DNA of 64,000 nt from an uncultured Pelagibacteraceae bacterium (GCA_902538445.1 CACBFE010000005.1:1319-65318); one strand, 5' to 3'; positions 22,061 to 37,278 are shown, counted from the first letter of the stretch. Notes: a model not told the origin generated them from the letters alone. Numbers and translations: made by a program.

Positions 22061-23146
22061 ATGTTATTTAATTTATTGACCTCTTTAATAGATCAATACT
22101 CTTTTTTAAATGTATTTAAGTATTTAACTTTTAGAACAGGCTTATCCGTTGTAACCTCACTAGTAGTTGTATTTATAATTGGTGGACCTTTAATAAAAAT
22201 TTTTTCAGAAAAAATGATTACTGGACCAATAAGACAAGATGGCCCAATAGATCATATTATAAAAAAAACTGGAACTCCTACTATGGGTGGAGTAATTATT
22301 ATAATTGGAATTTTTACAAGCACTATTTTATGGGCAGATTTGAGTAATGTTTATGTTTGGACTTTAATTTTTGTCTCTTTGTCCTTAGGAGCTTTAGGAT
22401 TGTTAGATGATGTATTAAAAATTAAATTCAAAAATTCTAGAGGACTTAAATCTAGATATAAATTTTTAGGTCAAATTATTATTGGTATATTAACGTTACA
22501 TATTTTGATCAATTATTCTTCTCATGAATATTTATACAATCTCTATTTCCCTTTCTTCAAAAATCTCATTTGGTACATGGGTTTATTTTTTATACCCTTT
22601 GGTTTATTTGTAATTATTGGAGCTTCAAATGCAGTAAATTTAACAGATGGTTTAGATGGTCTAGCAACTGTGCCAGTAATGTTAGTGGCTCTTTCTTTTA
22701 CTTTAATTTCTTATGTAGTGGGAAATACAATCTTTTCAGATTATTTACAGATACAATATATCCCTGATGTAGGGGAATTATCTATTTTTTGTGGTTCTGT
22801 TGTTGGGGCTTGTTTAGGATTCCTTTGGTATAATGCGCCTCCAGCAAAAATTTTTATGGGAGATACAGGTTCACTATCTCTTGGCGGTTCTTTGGCAGCC
22901 ATCGCAATTATAGTTAAACATGAAATAGTTCTAGCTATAATAGGAGGTTTATTCGTTTTGGAAACAGTATCGGTAATTATTCAAGTAGCATCATTCAAAT
23001 TAACAGGTAAAAGATTTTTTAGAATGGCTCCGATACACCATCATTTTGAAAAAAAAGGTTGGGCAGAATCAACCATTGTAATTCGATTTTGGATAATCGC
23101 TATAATTTTAGCACTGATTGGACTAGCAACACTTAAATTAAGGTAA
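22061..23146 (+). CDS. mraY: Phospho-N-acetylmuramoyl-pentapeptide transferase
   Basis: K.GTPTMGG, NAVNLTDGLDGL, FMGDTGSL, MAPIHHHFE. Confidence 0.98.
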   Translation: MLFNLLTSLIDQYSFLNVFKYLTFRTGLSVVTSLVVVFIIGGPLIKIFSEKMITGPIRQDGPIDHIIKKTGTPTMGGVIIIIGIFTSTILWADLSNVYVWTLIFVSLSLGALGLLDDVLKIKFKNSRGLKSRYKFLGQIIIGILTLHILINYSSHEYLYNLYFPFFKNLIWYMGLFFIPFGLFVIIGASNAVNLTDGLDGLATVPVMLVALSFTLISYVVGNTIFSDYLQIQYIPDVGELSIFCGSVVGACLGFLWYNAPPAKIFMGDTGSLSLGGSLAAIAIIVKHEIVLAIIGGLFVLETVSVIIQVASFKLTGKRFFRMAPIHHHFEKKGWAESTIVIRFWIIAIILALIGLATLKLR

Positions 23147-23148
23147 AC

Positions 23149-24426
23149 ATGAGTCAAATTAAAGAACTCAAAGAACGGTCGTTCCTTGTTTACGGTTTAG
23201 GTTTATCTGGTATCTCAGTAATTAAATTTTTTAAAAGAAATAAAATTAAAAATTATGAAATTTGGGACGATAACAAAAAAAATTTTTTTAAAAAAAAAAG
23301 ATCTAAAAATTTAATTAGCACCCTGCGTAAAGTTGATTATATAGTTTTGTCTCCTGGTATAAGCCTTCAAAATAATAGAAAACTAATAAGATATAAAAAT
23401 AAAATAATAACTGATATTGATTTATTTTATTTAACTAACAGCAAATCTAAAACTATTGTTGTAACAGGCACAAACGGAAAATCAACTACTTGTAAATTGA
23501 TAGCCCACCTTTTTAAAAAAAATAATTTAAAATGTTCATTAGGGGGAAATATTGGAAACCCTATTTTAGAAATAAAAAAACCTAAAAATAAATACATAAT
23601 TATTGAAGCTTCGTCATTTCAACTCTCTCATTCAAAATACATCTGTCCTAACTATGCTTTTTTTTTAAATTTGACGAATGACCATTTAGATTGGCACGGT
23701 AATATGAAAAATTATTTAGATTCAAAATTTAAAATTTTTCATCTTCAAAATAAAAATGATTATGCAATTATAGATAAAAAATTCAAAAATAAATTTGTAA
23801 GAAAAAAGTTTTTAAGCAAATTAATATTTCCAAAAATAAAAGGTTATATGAAAATAAAGTTAAAAATTAATAATAGTTATCTTACCTCCAAATTAAATGA
23901 TCAGAATATGAGTTTTACTTACACTTTTGCTAAATTATTGAAAATTAAAGACAGTTCATTTGTAAAAACAATTAATTCATTTAAAGGTTTACCCCACAGA
24001 TATGAATTATTTTTGAAAAGAAAGGACACTTTATTTATTAATGACTCAAAGGCCACCTCGTTTAAGTCTACTCAATTTGCTTTATCTAGTTCTAAAAATA
24101 TTTACTGGATATTAGGAGGGCTGCCCAAAAAGGAAGATAAAATTAAATTACTCAAGCTTAAAAAAAATATTATTAAATGTTACGTAATAGGTAATAATAC
24201 AAGCTTTTTTATAAATCAAATTAAAGGCAAAATAAATTTTTCTATTACTAGAAATTTAAATAAAACTATTATTCAAGTCCTTAAAGATATTAAAACACAA
24301 AAAAAAAATATTAAAACTATTTTATTAAGCCCAGCAGCAGCTTCTTTTGATCAGTTTAAAAATTTTGAGCAAAGAGGCAATGTGTTTAAAAAGTTGTGTA
24401 GGAAATATGTTAGAAAAATCAATTAA
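23149..24426 (+). CDS. murD: UDP-MurNAc-L-Ala--D-Glu ligase
   Basis: GLG.SG, LSPGI, TGTNGKSTT, E.SSFQL, DHLDWH, NDSKAT, LSPA.ASFDQF. Confidence 0.96.
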   Translation: MSQIKELKERSFLVYGLGLSGISVIKFFKRNKIKNYEIWDDNKKNFFKKKRSKNLISTLRKVDYIVLSPGISLQNNRKLIRYKNKIITDIDLFYLTNSKSKTIVVTGTNGKSTTCKLIAHLFKKNNLKCSLGGNIGNPILEIKKPKNKYIIIEASSFQLSHSKYICPNYAFFLNLTNDHLDWHGNMKNYLDSKFKIFHLQNKNDYAIIDKKFKNKFVRKKFLSKLIFPKIKGYMKIKLKINNSYLTSKLNDQNMSFTYTFAKLLKIKDSSFVKTINSFKGLPHRYELFLKRKDTLFINDSKATSFKSTQFALSSSKNIYWILGGLPKKEDKIKLLKLKKNIIKCYVIGNNTSFFINQIKGKINFSITRNLNKTIIQVLKDIKTQKKNIKTILLSPAAASFDQFKNFEQRGNVFKKLCRKYVRKIN

Positions 24427-25534
24427 ATACAAGTTTACTAATTTTTGGAGAGGAATGGATAAAAAAATTTTATTGTGTTTTTTTATTCTATTTTTTTTAG
24501 GTTTATTTTTTTCATTCTCCTCTACCTCATCTCTTGCTGGAGAGCGACTCAATAAGAATTATTATTTTTTTTTTACAAAACACTTTGTTTTTACTTTAAT
24601 AGCTGTTTCAATAATGATTATAATTTCAACAATAAAAACTGAGATTTTTATAAAATTAGTCATGCCGATATTCATTGTATGTTTTATGCTTTTAGCATTA
24701 GTACCAATTATTGGCGTTGAAGTGAAAGGTGCAAAGAGATGGTTAGATTTTTATTTTTTTAGATTACAACCTATTGAAATATTTAAACCATTTTTTATTT
24801 TAATGACAGCAAAAATATTAACTTATGAAAAATTTAAAAACTCTCAAATTAAATATTTTTTAAGCTTTATTTTGTTATGTTCTGTCATAATTTTGTTAAT
24901 AGATCAGCCAGACTTAGGTCAATCTATGTTATTGACTTTCAGTTGGGTCGCTACTGTTTTTGTTGCAGGAGTCAGCTTAATTTATATTTTAATTATATTC
25001 TCAATTTTTTTAATATCACTCACCACTTTACTTCTTTATTTACCTGAGAAGTTTGGTTACATTACTAACAGATTGATTGCTTTTTTTGATCCAAATCAAG
25101 GGGATCAATTCCAATCCTCATCTGCTTTAGAGGCCATAAAATTAGGCGGACTAACTGGTCAAGGTATGGGTGAAGGTGTTTTAAAAGAAAGCGTCCCTGA
25201 GGCACATACAGATTATGTAATAGCTGTAATATCTGAGGAATTTGGTTCTTTAGTCTCAATAATAATATTAATTATTTTTTTATATATTTCATTTAGGATT
25301 ATTAAAAATTGTTTTAATCAAGATAATGAGTTTTTAAGAATTTCTCTTAGTGGGTTAGCCACACTATTGATATTTCAAACATTTATTCATGCCGGAGTAA
25401 ACACTAACTTGTTACCTACAACAGGTATGACTTTACCTTTTTTAAGTTACGGAGGGTCATCCTTGATTGGTAGCGCAATTTTAGCTGGAATTGTATTAAA
25501 CTATACAAAAAATAAATCATATTTGTATGACTAA
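24407..25534 (+). CDS. ftsW: Peptidoglycan polymerase FtsW (SEDS)
   Basis: GAKRW, QP.E..K, QPDLG, PEAHTDY, G.TLPFLSYGGSS; start set at ATG 24407. Confidence 0.95.
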   Translation: MLEKSIKYKFTNFWRGMDKKILLCFFILFFLGLFFSFSSTSSLAGERLNKNYYFFFTKHFVFTLIAVSIMIIISTIKTEIFIKLVMPIFIVCFMLLALVPIIGVEVKGAKRWLDFYFFRLQPIEIFKPFFILMTAKILTYEKFKNSQIKYFLSFILLCSVIILLIDQPDLGQSMLLTFSWVATVFVAGVSLIYILIIFSIFLISLTTLLLYLPEKFGYITNRLIAFFDPNQGDQFQSSSALEAIKLGGLTGQGMGEGVLKESVPEAHTDYVIAVISEEFGSLVSIIILIIFLYISFRIIKNCFNQDNEFLRISLSGLATLLIFQTFIHAGVNTNLLPTTGMTLPFLSYGGSSLIGSAILAGIVLNYTKNKSYLYD

Positions 25535-26618
25535 AAAAAACATTATTATTGCTACTGGTGGAACTGGAGGACATATTTTCCCTGCCTTAAGTCTTGCAAA
25601 TTTCTTAATTAGTAAAAATTTAAATGTAAAATTAACAACTGATAAGAGAGGTTTGGAGTATTTAAAAGTAAATAAAAATCTTGATATAGTAGAAATATCT
25701 TCATCTCCTTTGATAAAAACAAATTTTTTAAGATTATTTATTTCAATTTTAACCATAATTTTTTCTATTATTAAATCACTTATATTTTTACTGTTTAATA
25801 GACCATCAATTATCTTTGGCATGGGAGGATACTCATCTTTTCCAATATGTATAGCCGCTTCATTTTTAAGAATAAAATTTGTAATTTACGAAAATAATTT
25901 AATTGTAGGAAAAGCTAATAAATATTTATTACCGTTCGCAGAGAAAATTTTTGTTTCTTTTAAAGAGCTGGAGGGAGTTGACAACAAATACTCTGATAAA
26001 ATTATTAAAATAGGAAATATCGTAAGAGAGGAATTAATAAATAAAGATTTTTCTCTTGAAAATAAAAGCTTTGATGAAATGAAAATTTTAGTTTTAGGAG
26101 GTAGTCAGGCCGCCAGGATATTTGCTGAGGAACTCCCACATATATTTCTTAAATTAAAAAAAAATAAAATTATGACTAAAGTCTATCAGCAATGTCAGAA
26201 AGAGCAAAATGATCAATTATCTCAATTTTATAAAAATGCTAATTTAGATTATGAAATATTTAATTTTAGTAATAGAATCTTTGATTACTATTCTAAAGCA
26301 AATTTAGTTATTACGCGTTCAGGAGCATCTGTTTTGGGAGAACTAATAAATTTTAAAATCCCTTTTATTTCAATTCCTTTACCAACAGCTGCTGACAATC
26401 ATCAATATAAAAACGCTGAGTTTTATTCAAAAAAAGGTTATGGATATTTATTGGAAGAAAAAGATATTAAAAATAAATTATATGATTTAATTGACTTAGT
26501 ATTTAACAACAAATCTTTGATAAATAATGTTTTGACAAGTCAAAAACAATATTCTGACAAAGATGTTTTTAATACTTTATTTAATCAATTAAATAAAATT
26601 TTTAATGAAAAAAATTAA
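25527..26618 (+). CDS. murG: Lipid II GlcNAc transferase
   Basis: GGTGGHIFPA, GMGGYSS, GGSQAA, RSGAS, HQYKNA. Confidence 0.96.
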   Translation: MTKKNIIIATGGTGGHIFPALSLANFLISKNLNVKLTTDKRGLEYLKVNKNLDIVEISSSPLIKTNFLRLFISILTIIFSIIKSLIFLLFNRPSIIFGMGGYSSFPICIAASFLRIKFVIYENNLIVGKANKYLLPFAEKIFVSFKELEGVDNKYSDKIIKIGNIVREELINKDFSLENKSFDEMKILVLGGSQAARIFAEELPHIFLKLKKNKIMTKVYQQCQKEQNDQLSQFYKNANLDYEIFNFSNRIFDYYSKANLVITRSGASVLGELINFKIPFISIPLPTAADNHQYKNAEFYSKKGYGYLLEEKDIKNKLYDLIDLVFNNKSLINNVLTSQKQYSDKDVFNTLFNQLNKIFNEKN

Positions 26619-28002
26619 CTTAGGTCAAAAAGATGTAATTCATTTCGTTGGTATCGGCGGAATAGGAATGAGTGGATTAGCTCAAATAATGAAAAATATG
26701 GGTTTTAAAATACAAGGTAGTGATCAAAATAAAAATAAAAATACAACAAGTTGCTCAAAGTCTGGAATTAAATTATTTATTGGACACTCAACTCATAATA
26801 TTAAGGGTGCAACAATCGTGGTAAAATCGTCAGCTATTAAGGATAATAATGTTGAAATTAAGTATGCAAAAAAAAATAAAATTCCAATTTATCCAAGGGC
26901 AGAAGTCTTAGCCGATGTTGTTTCTTTGAAAAAAAATATAATAATTACTGGATCACATGGGAAAACAACAACAACATCTTTGGTAGCAAAAATTTTATCA
27001 GATCAAAAACTTGATCCAACAATCATTAATGGTGGTGTAATTAATTCTTTTAAAAGTAATGCAAAACTCGGAAAAGGTGATTGGTCAATTTTAGAGGCCG
27101 ACGAGTCAGATGGTAGCTTTTTAAAGTTGCCAATTAACTATTCAATTGTAACTAATATAGATTTTGAGCACTTAGACTATTATAAAAATTATAAAAATTT
27201 AGAAAAGTCTTTTTTAGAATTCATAAATAAAACTCCACCTACTGGTAAATCTATTATTTGCATTGATAATATAAATATAAGAAAAATTTTAACAAAAATA
27301 AAAAATAAAAACATATTAACTTATGGAGAAAATAATAAGGCAGACTATCAAATAAAAAAGATAAAATATTATTCTGACCACACGGTGTTTGATCTAAAAT
27401 TTCAAGATAAAGATAAGAAAAAAAGGAATATAAAAAATATAAATGTTAAACTTTTAGGAAAACATAACGCATTAAATACTGCGGCAGCATTTATTGTTTG
27501 TCTTAATTTAGGTGCAAATTTAAATGTAATTAAAAAATCACTTAAAAACTTTTCAGGAGTGCAAAGAAGAATGACAAAAGTTTTTTCTAAAAATAACAAT
27601 GAATTTTACGATGACTATGCACACCATCCAACTGAAATTAATTCAATATTAGAGGGAGTTAAAAATGTAAATCCTAAGAGAAAAATTATAAGTATTTTTG
27701 AACCCCACAGATACTCAAGAGTAATTTCATTAAAAGATGAGTTCTCAAAATGTTTTAAAAAATCAAGTTTAGTAATTATGTGTCCACTATTTGCTGCTGG
27801 TGAAAAAAGAAATTTTAAATATAATACTATAAAATTTGCAAACTTAATTGCTAAAAATTCTAGCACTCAGGTGATAATTGTTAAAGATGAATTAAATTTA
27901 ATTAAATATTTAAAAAGAAATTTAACAAACAATGAAATTATAATTGGTATGGGCGCAGGATTAATATCAAAGTGGATGGCGAGACTTAAGTATTCATTAT
28001 GA
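26605..28002 (+). CDS. murC: UDP-MurNAc--L-Ala ligase
   Basis: HFVGIGGIGMSGLA, GSHGKTTTT, EADESDGSF, DDYAHHPTEI. Confidence 0.98.
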   Translation: MKKINLGQKDVIHFVGIGGIGMSGLAQIMKNMGFKIQGSDQNKNKNTTSCSKSGIKLFIGHSTHNIKGATIVVKSSAIKDNNVEIKYAKKNKIPIYPRAEVLADVVSLKKNIIITGSHGKTTTTSLVAKILSDQKLDPTIINGGVINSFKSNAKLGKGDWSILEADESDGSFLKLPINYSIVTNIDFEHLDYYKNYKNLEKSFLEFINKTPPTGKSIICIDNINIRKILTKIKNKNILTYGENNKADYQIKKIKYYSDHTVFDLKFQDKDKKKRNIKNINVKLLGKHNALNTAAAFIVCLNLGANLNVIKKSLKNFSGVQRRMTKVFSKNNNEFYDDYAHHPTEINSILEGVKNVNPKRKIISIFEPHRYSRVISLKDEFSKCFKKSSLVIMCPLFAAGEKRNFKYNTIKFANLIAKNSSTQVIIVKDELNLIKYLKRNLTNNEIIIGMGAGLISKWMARLKYSL

Positions 28003-28901
28003 ATTTAGATGACAGCTTTAAAAAATTTCAGGACAGTTTTACTAAAGATGTTAAACTTTCTAATTATAGTTGGTTTAATCTGGGTGGAAACGCTGAATAT
28101 TTTTATAAAGCAAATGATAAAGAACAACTTATTGAATTTCTAGCTAAAGCAAAAAGTAAAAATTTAAAAACAACAATTATTGGTGCAGGTTCAAACACAT
28201 TATTTAGAGATAATGGAGTCAAAGGGGTCGTTATAAAACTTGGAAATAATTTTTCTTACTCAAAACTAGACGATAAGAATATTTTACAAGTCGGGGCCGC
28301 TACCTTTGATCGTAAAGTAGCCGATTTTGCTATGGAAAATAGCTTAGGAAATTTGGAGTTTTTATCTTGTATACCGGGATCTATTGGTGGTGCAGTAATA
28401 ATGAATAGTGGTTGTTACAATAATGATATTTCTAAAGTTCTAATATCAGTTAATGCTATTGATAAAAATAAACTATCAGAAATAGAAATTAAAAAAGAGG
28501 ATATAAAGTTTTCTTATAGAGGAACAAATTTACCAAGTCATCTCATAATAATTTCTGCTAAACTAAGGGGCCTTTTTGGAAATAAAAAAGAAATAGAAAA
28601 AAAACAATTAGAATTTATAGATAAAAAAAAATTATCTCAACCTAGTCAAATTAAAACATGTGGAAGCACTTTTAAAAATGTTGCTAAAGGTAAAAAAGCT
28701 TGGGAGCTAATAAAACAATCTGGTTGTGAAAATTTAAAAGAGGGTGATGCTATGATTTCGCAAAAACATTGTAATTTTTTTATAAATAATGGTAACGCGA
28801 AATCAAGAGATATTGAAAACCTTATTCGAAAAGTAAGAAGAAAAGTTCTTGAAAAAACTGGGGTAAATCTAGAGTTAGAAATAAAAATTATAGGTGAATA
28901 A
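27999..28901 (+). CDS. murB: UDP-N-acetylenolpyruvoylglucosamine reductase
   Basis: GG.A, GAGSN.L, IPGSIGGA..MN.G, F.YR, GSTFKN, KH.NF. Confidence 0.96.
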   Translation: MNLDDSFKKFQDSFTKDVKLSNYSWFNLGGNAEYFYKANDKEQLIEFLAKAKSKNLKTTIIGAGSNTLFRDNGVKGVVIKLGNNFSYSKLDDKNILQVGAATFDRKVADFAMENSLGNLEFLSCIPGSIGGAVIMNSGCYNNDISKVLISVNAIDKNKLSEIEIKKEDIKFSYRGTNLPSHLIIISAKLRGLFGNKKEIEKKQLEFIDKKKLSQPSQIKTCGSTFKNVAKGKKAWELIKQSGCENLKEGDAMISQKHCNFFINNGNAKSRDIENLIRKVRRKVLEKTGVNLELEIKIIGE

Positions 28902-29832
28902 AAAAAAATTTAAAAATGTTTTGATAGTTTTAGGCGGTACCTCCGGTGAAAGAGCTATTAGTATCGCGAGTGGAAAAGCCTGTGCTAGTGCTTTGAAAAA
29001 AAAAGGTTATAATGTTTCATTATTTGACCCCCAAAAAAAAAATTTTAATTTGATTAGCAGGAAAAATACTGATGTTATTTTTAATGCTTTGCATGGAAAA
29101 AATGGTGAGGATGGAGTAGCACAGTCCTTCTTTGAATATTTAAGAATCCCTTACACGCACTCTGGCGTTATAAGTTCTTTTAACGCTATGAATAAAATTG
29201 TTTCTAAAAAGATATTTATAAAAAATAATATTAAAACTCCAAGATATTTTTCATTAAAAAAACCGTTAAGTGATAAAAAAAAACTTTTAAGAAATTTGAA
29301 AAAAAAAAAAATTAACTTCCCTGTTGTTATAAAACCTGTAAATGAAGGTTCAAGCCTTGGTGTTATTATTTGTAAAGATATTAAAAAGTTACTTTTATCA
29401 ATACGTCATCTTTTCAAAAAGTATAATGAATTAATATTTGAAGAATACAAAGGAGGGCAAGAAATCCAAGTTGCAGTAATTAATGGAACTGCATTAGGAG
29501 CAATAGAACTTGTGCCAAAACGTTTTTTTTATGATTATAAAGCTAAGTATACTAGGAAAGCTAAAACGAAACATATTATGCCAGCAAGATTACCCAAAAA
29601 TAAATATAACGAAGTTTTAAAAATCGCAAAAAAAGCTCATAAAGTATTGAAATGTAAAGGGGTCACTAGATCAGATTTTAAATTTTATAATAACAAATTT
29701 TATTTGCTCGAGCTAAATACACAGCCAGGCATGACAAGCTTATCTCTAGTTCCTGAAATAGCTGAGTATAAAGGTATAACTTTTGAAAATTTAGTTGAAA
29801 AAATTTTATTAGATGCAAGCGTCGATAAATGA
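28894..29832 (+). CDS. ddl: D-alanine--D-alanine ligase
   Basis: GG.S.ER.IS..SG, LHG..GEDG, KP..EGSS, YDY.AKY, LE.NTQPGMT. Confidence 0.97.
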   Translation: MNKKKFKNVLIVLGGTSGERAISIASGKACASALKKKGYNVSLFDPQKKNFNLISRKNTDVIFNALHGKNGEDGVAQSFFEYLRIPYTHSGVISSFNAMNKIVSKKIFIKNNIKTPRYFSLKKPLSDKKKLLRNLKKKKINFPVVIKPVNEGSSLGVIICKDIKKLLLSIRHLFKKYNELIFEEYKGGQEIQVAVINGTALGAIELVPKRFFYDYKAKYTRKAKTKHIMPARLPKNKYNEVLKIAKKAHKVLKCKGVTRSDFKFYNNKFYLLELNTQPGMTSLSLVPEIAEYKGITFENLVEKILLDASVDK

Positions 29833-30485
29833 AAAAACGAACTGTAATTGTTTTAATATTATTTATATTACTTACTACTATAACATCACCACAAAAAGTA
29901 TCTATTTCAAAATTTAATTTAAAAAAAATAATTATTAAAAATAATTTTTTATTAAGTGAAAAAGATATTAGAAAATCGTTGCTAAAAATTTATGATAAAA
30001 ATCTTTTAATTTTGGACAGTAAAGAGGTTGAAAACATATTAAAACAAAATAGTTATATCCAGGGGTTTGAAATTAAAAAAAAATACCCTGATACATTAAT
30101 AATAAAAATTTTTGAAAAAAGACCGATAGCAATTTTATTTAAAAAGAGGAATAAATTTTACTTAAGTGAGCAAATAGATTTAATCAAATTTCATGAATTA
30201 CAAAATTTACAAGATCTTCCATATGTATTCGGGAATGAAAAAAAATTTAAAGTTTTATATGAAGATTTAAAAAAAATTAATTTTCCCTTAATTGAAATTA
30301 AAAAATTTGTTCTTTTTGAAACTAATAGATGGGATCTAGAGACACTTAATAACAGAACTATTAGATTACCATCAGAAAATTACTTAAAAAGTTTAAAAAA
30401 TTATTTAGAAATAAAAAGTAAAAAAGATTTTACAAAATATAAAGTGTTTGATTATAGAATTAAAAACCAACTTATTTTAAAATAA
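29829..30485 (+). CDS. ftsQ: Cell division protein FtsQ/DivIB
   Basis: N-terminal TM, POTRA-like K.YP.TL.I.I.E..P, RWDL, D.R C-terminus; position after ddl. Confidence 0.8.
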   Translation: MKKRTVIVLILFILLTTITSPQKVSISKFNLKKIIIKNNFLLSEKDIRKSLLKIYDKNLLILDSKEVENILKQNSYIQGFEIKKKYPDTLIIKIFEKRPIAILFKKRNKFYLSEQIDLIKFHELQNLQDLPYVFGNEKKFKVLYEDLKKINFPLIEIKKFVLFETNRWDLETLNNRTIRLPSENYLKSLKNYLEIKSKKDFTKYKVFDYRIKNQLILK

Positions 30486-30488
30486 GAG

Positions 30489-31682
30489 ATGAAAACTATG
30501 CTAACACTTTACCTAGAAATAAATAATACTAATTATATTTTTTTCGTAGGAAATAGCGATGAACAAAATAATTTTAAAATTGTTTATAAATTAGAAGTAC
30601 CTTTAAAAGGTATTGAGGACAATAGAATTTCGGATTTAGAAAATGTTTATCTTACACTTAAAGAAAATATTTATTTAATAGAACAAAATTTCAATCATAC
30701 ATTTAAAGAGGTAATCATAATTTTAGATAATTTTAATCCTACATTTTTAAATGTTTCAGGTTATAAAAAATTGAACGGTACACAAATTTTAAGAGAAAAT
30801 ATAACTTATATTTTAAATAATTTAAAATCTTATATAAATTTAATCGAGACCAAAAAAAATATTTTACATATTTTTAACTCAAACTTTTATTTGGATAATA
30901 AAAAAATTGATAATTTACCTATAGGACTATTTGGAGATTTTTACTCACACGAATTATCTTTTGTTCTTATAAACTCAAATGACTACAAAAATTTGATTCA
31001 AATATTTGACAAATGCAGTTTAAAAGTTGAAAAAATTTTGATTAAGAGTTTTGTAAAAGGAGCTTACATCAATGAAATAAATAATAATTCTGAGACTTTT
31101 TTTCAAATAAGAATCGGAAAAAATAATTCAAAAATATTTTACTTTGAAAACAATTCTTTAAAATTTGAGCAATTTTTTAAATTTGGGACAAGTATAATAG
31201 TAAAAGATATATCAAAAATAATATCTTTAGAGACTGAGGTTGTTGAATTAATTCTTAAAGATATTGATTTCAAAGATAATTTATATGATGACGAAATATT
31301 AGAGGAAAATTTTTTAAAGGGTAAAAAATTTAGAAAAATTAAAAAAAAATTGATTTATGATATAGCTTTTGCAAGAATTTACGAAATCTCAGAACTTCTA
31401 ATGTTTAAGAATGTCAACTTTAAACAATGTAGCGAAATGACAAAAATGATTTTTTTAGAAATTGACGAAGGAACAAAATTGAAAGGTCTAAACAAAATTT
31501 TTCGAAAAGTATTTTCAAAAAACGATGATTTTGACATTAATTTTCAAAATAATTTACCTACAGAAGAAATATTAAGCACTGCTCATAAACTTGTTCATTT
31601 TGGTTGGAAAAAGGAGGCTATACCAATCAGTGAAACCAAAAAAACATTAATTAGAAGGCTTTTTGAGGCTATTTTTAATTAA
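30489..31682 (+). CDS. ftsA: Highly diverged FtsA-like protein
   Basis: Position between ftsQ and lpxC; S/L.GI...I.D, ILH, G..II.KDIS, I.AR..EI remnants; C-terminal amphipathic LIRRLFEAIFN; ATP-binding motifs degenerate. Confidence 0.65.
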   Translation: MKTMLTLYLEINNTNYIFFVGNSDEQNNFKIVYKLEVPLKGIEDNRISDLENVYLTLKENIYLIEQNFNHTFKEVIIILDNFNPTFLNVSGYKKLNGTQILRENITYILNNLKSYINLIETKKNILHIFNSNFYLDNKKIDNLPIGLFGDFYSHELSFVLINSNDYKNLIQIFDKCSLKVEKILIKSFVKGAYINEINNNSETFFQIRIGKNNSKIFYFENNSLKFEQFFKFGTSIIVKDISKIISLETEVVELILKDIDFKDNLYDDEILEENFLKGKKFRKIKKKLIYDIAFARIYEISELLMFKNVNFKQCSEMTKMIFLEIDEGTKLKGLNKIFRKVFSKNDDFDINFQNNLPTEEILSTAHKLVHFGWKKEAIPISETKKTLIRRLFEAIFN

Positions 31683-31745
31683 TTTGTTATTTTTAGAAAC
31701 ATTAGTTGTTTTAAGTAAAATTTAACAATTAAGTATAAACACTTT

Positions 31746-32669
31746 GTGAAACACATATTCCTTAAAACAGTTAAAAAACCAGTAAGTTTTAGTGGTGTAG
31801 GCTTACACTCTGGGGTTAATTCCAAAGTAAATATTTTACCAGGAAATGAGGATAACGGGATAGTTTTCAAAAGAATTGATTTATCAAATAATAATTTGAT
31901 CGAAGCCAATTTTAAAAATGTTTCCTCAACTACATTATCAACTACACTTCAAAATAAACATGGAGTAAGAGTATCAACCGTTGAGCACTTGTTGGCAGCA
32001 CTTTATATTGCAGGGATAGGCAGTGCCATAATCGAGATAAATAGCGAAGAGGTTCCGATAATGGACGGATCAGCAAAAAATTTCTTAGAAGTTTTTAGAA
32101 AAACGGAATTAAAACAATTAAATAAAAAAGTTGAATATTTAAAAGTTTTAGAAACTATCGAATTAACTGAGGGTAATAGGTTAATAAAAATTTCTCCAAA
32201 AGATAGTTTCGAAGTTGATTTTGAACTAAAATACAAAAATAAAATTATTGGAAACCAACGAAACTTGATTAATTTTAATTCAGACAATCTTAAAGCAGTT
32301 GAAGAGTCTAGAACTTTTTGTTTGTACGACGACATACAGAAAATAAAAAAAATGGGATTAGCTAAAGGTGGAAACTTAGAAAATGCAGTCGTTGTAAATG
32401 AGGAAAAAGTGATAAATAAAAATGGATTAAGAAACGATAAAGAATTTGTTAATCACAAAATATTAGATTTAGCAGGAGACTTTTTACTATCTGGTTTTAG
32501 AATATTAGGTAAAGTTTATTGCCATCAAGGAGGCCACCAGCTTTCAAATTTATTTTTACACAAGCTAATCAAATCAAAATCTAAATATAAAATTTTAAAG
32601 TTTGATGAAAATATAGTAAAAGAAAGTCAGACTTCAAAAACACATTTTAAACTAGCAGCTAACGCCTAA
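31746..32669 (+). CDS. lpxC: UDP-3-O-acyl-GlcNAc deacetylase
   Basis: GVGLHSG, TVEHLLAAL, EVPIMDGSA, SRTF, HKILD..GD. Confidence 0.97.
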   Translation: MKHIFLKTVKKPVSFSGVGLHSGVNSKVNILPGNEDNGIVFKRIDLSNNNLIEANFKNVSSTTLSTTLQNKHGVRVSTVEHLLAALYIAGIGSAIIEINSEEVPIMDGSAKNFLEVFRKTELKQLNKKVEYLKVLETIELTEGNRLIKISPKDSFEVDFELKYKNKIIGNQRNLINFNSDNLKAVEESRTFCLYDDIQKIKKMGLAKGGNLENAVVVNEEKVINKNGLRNDKEFVNHKILDLAGDFLLSGFRILGKVYCHQGGHQLSNLFLHKLIKSKSKYKILKFDENIVKESQTSKTHFKLAANA

Positions 32670-32722
32670 TATTTTTACTAATTAAATATTCTAATTAATT
32701 TTTAATCTGGTATTAAGTACTA

Positions 32723-37274
<4,552 letters not shown>

Positions 37275-37278
<4 letters not shown>

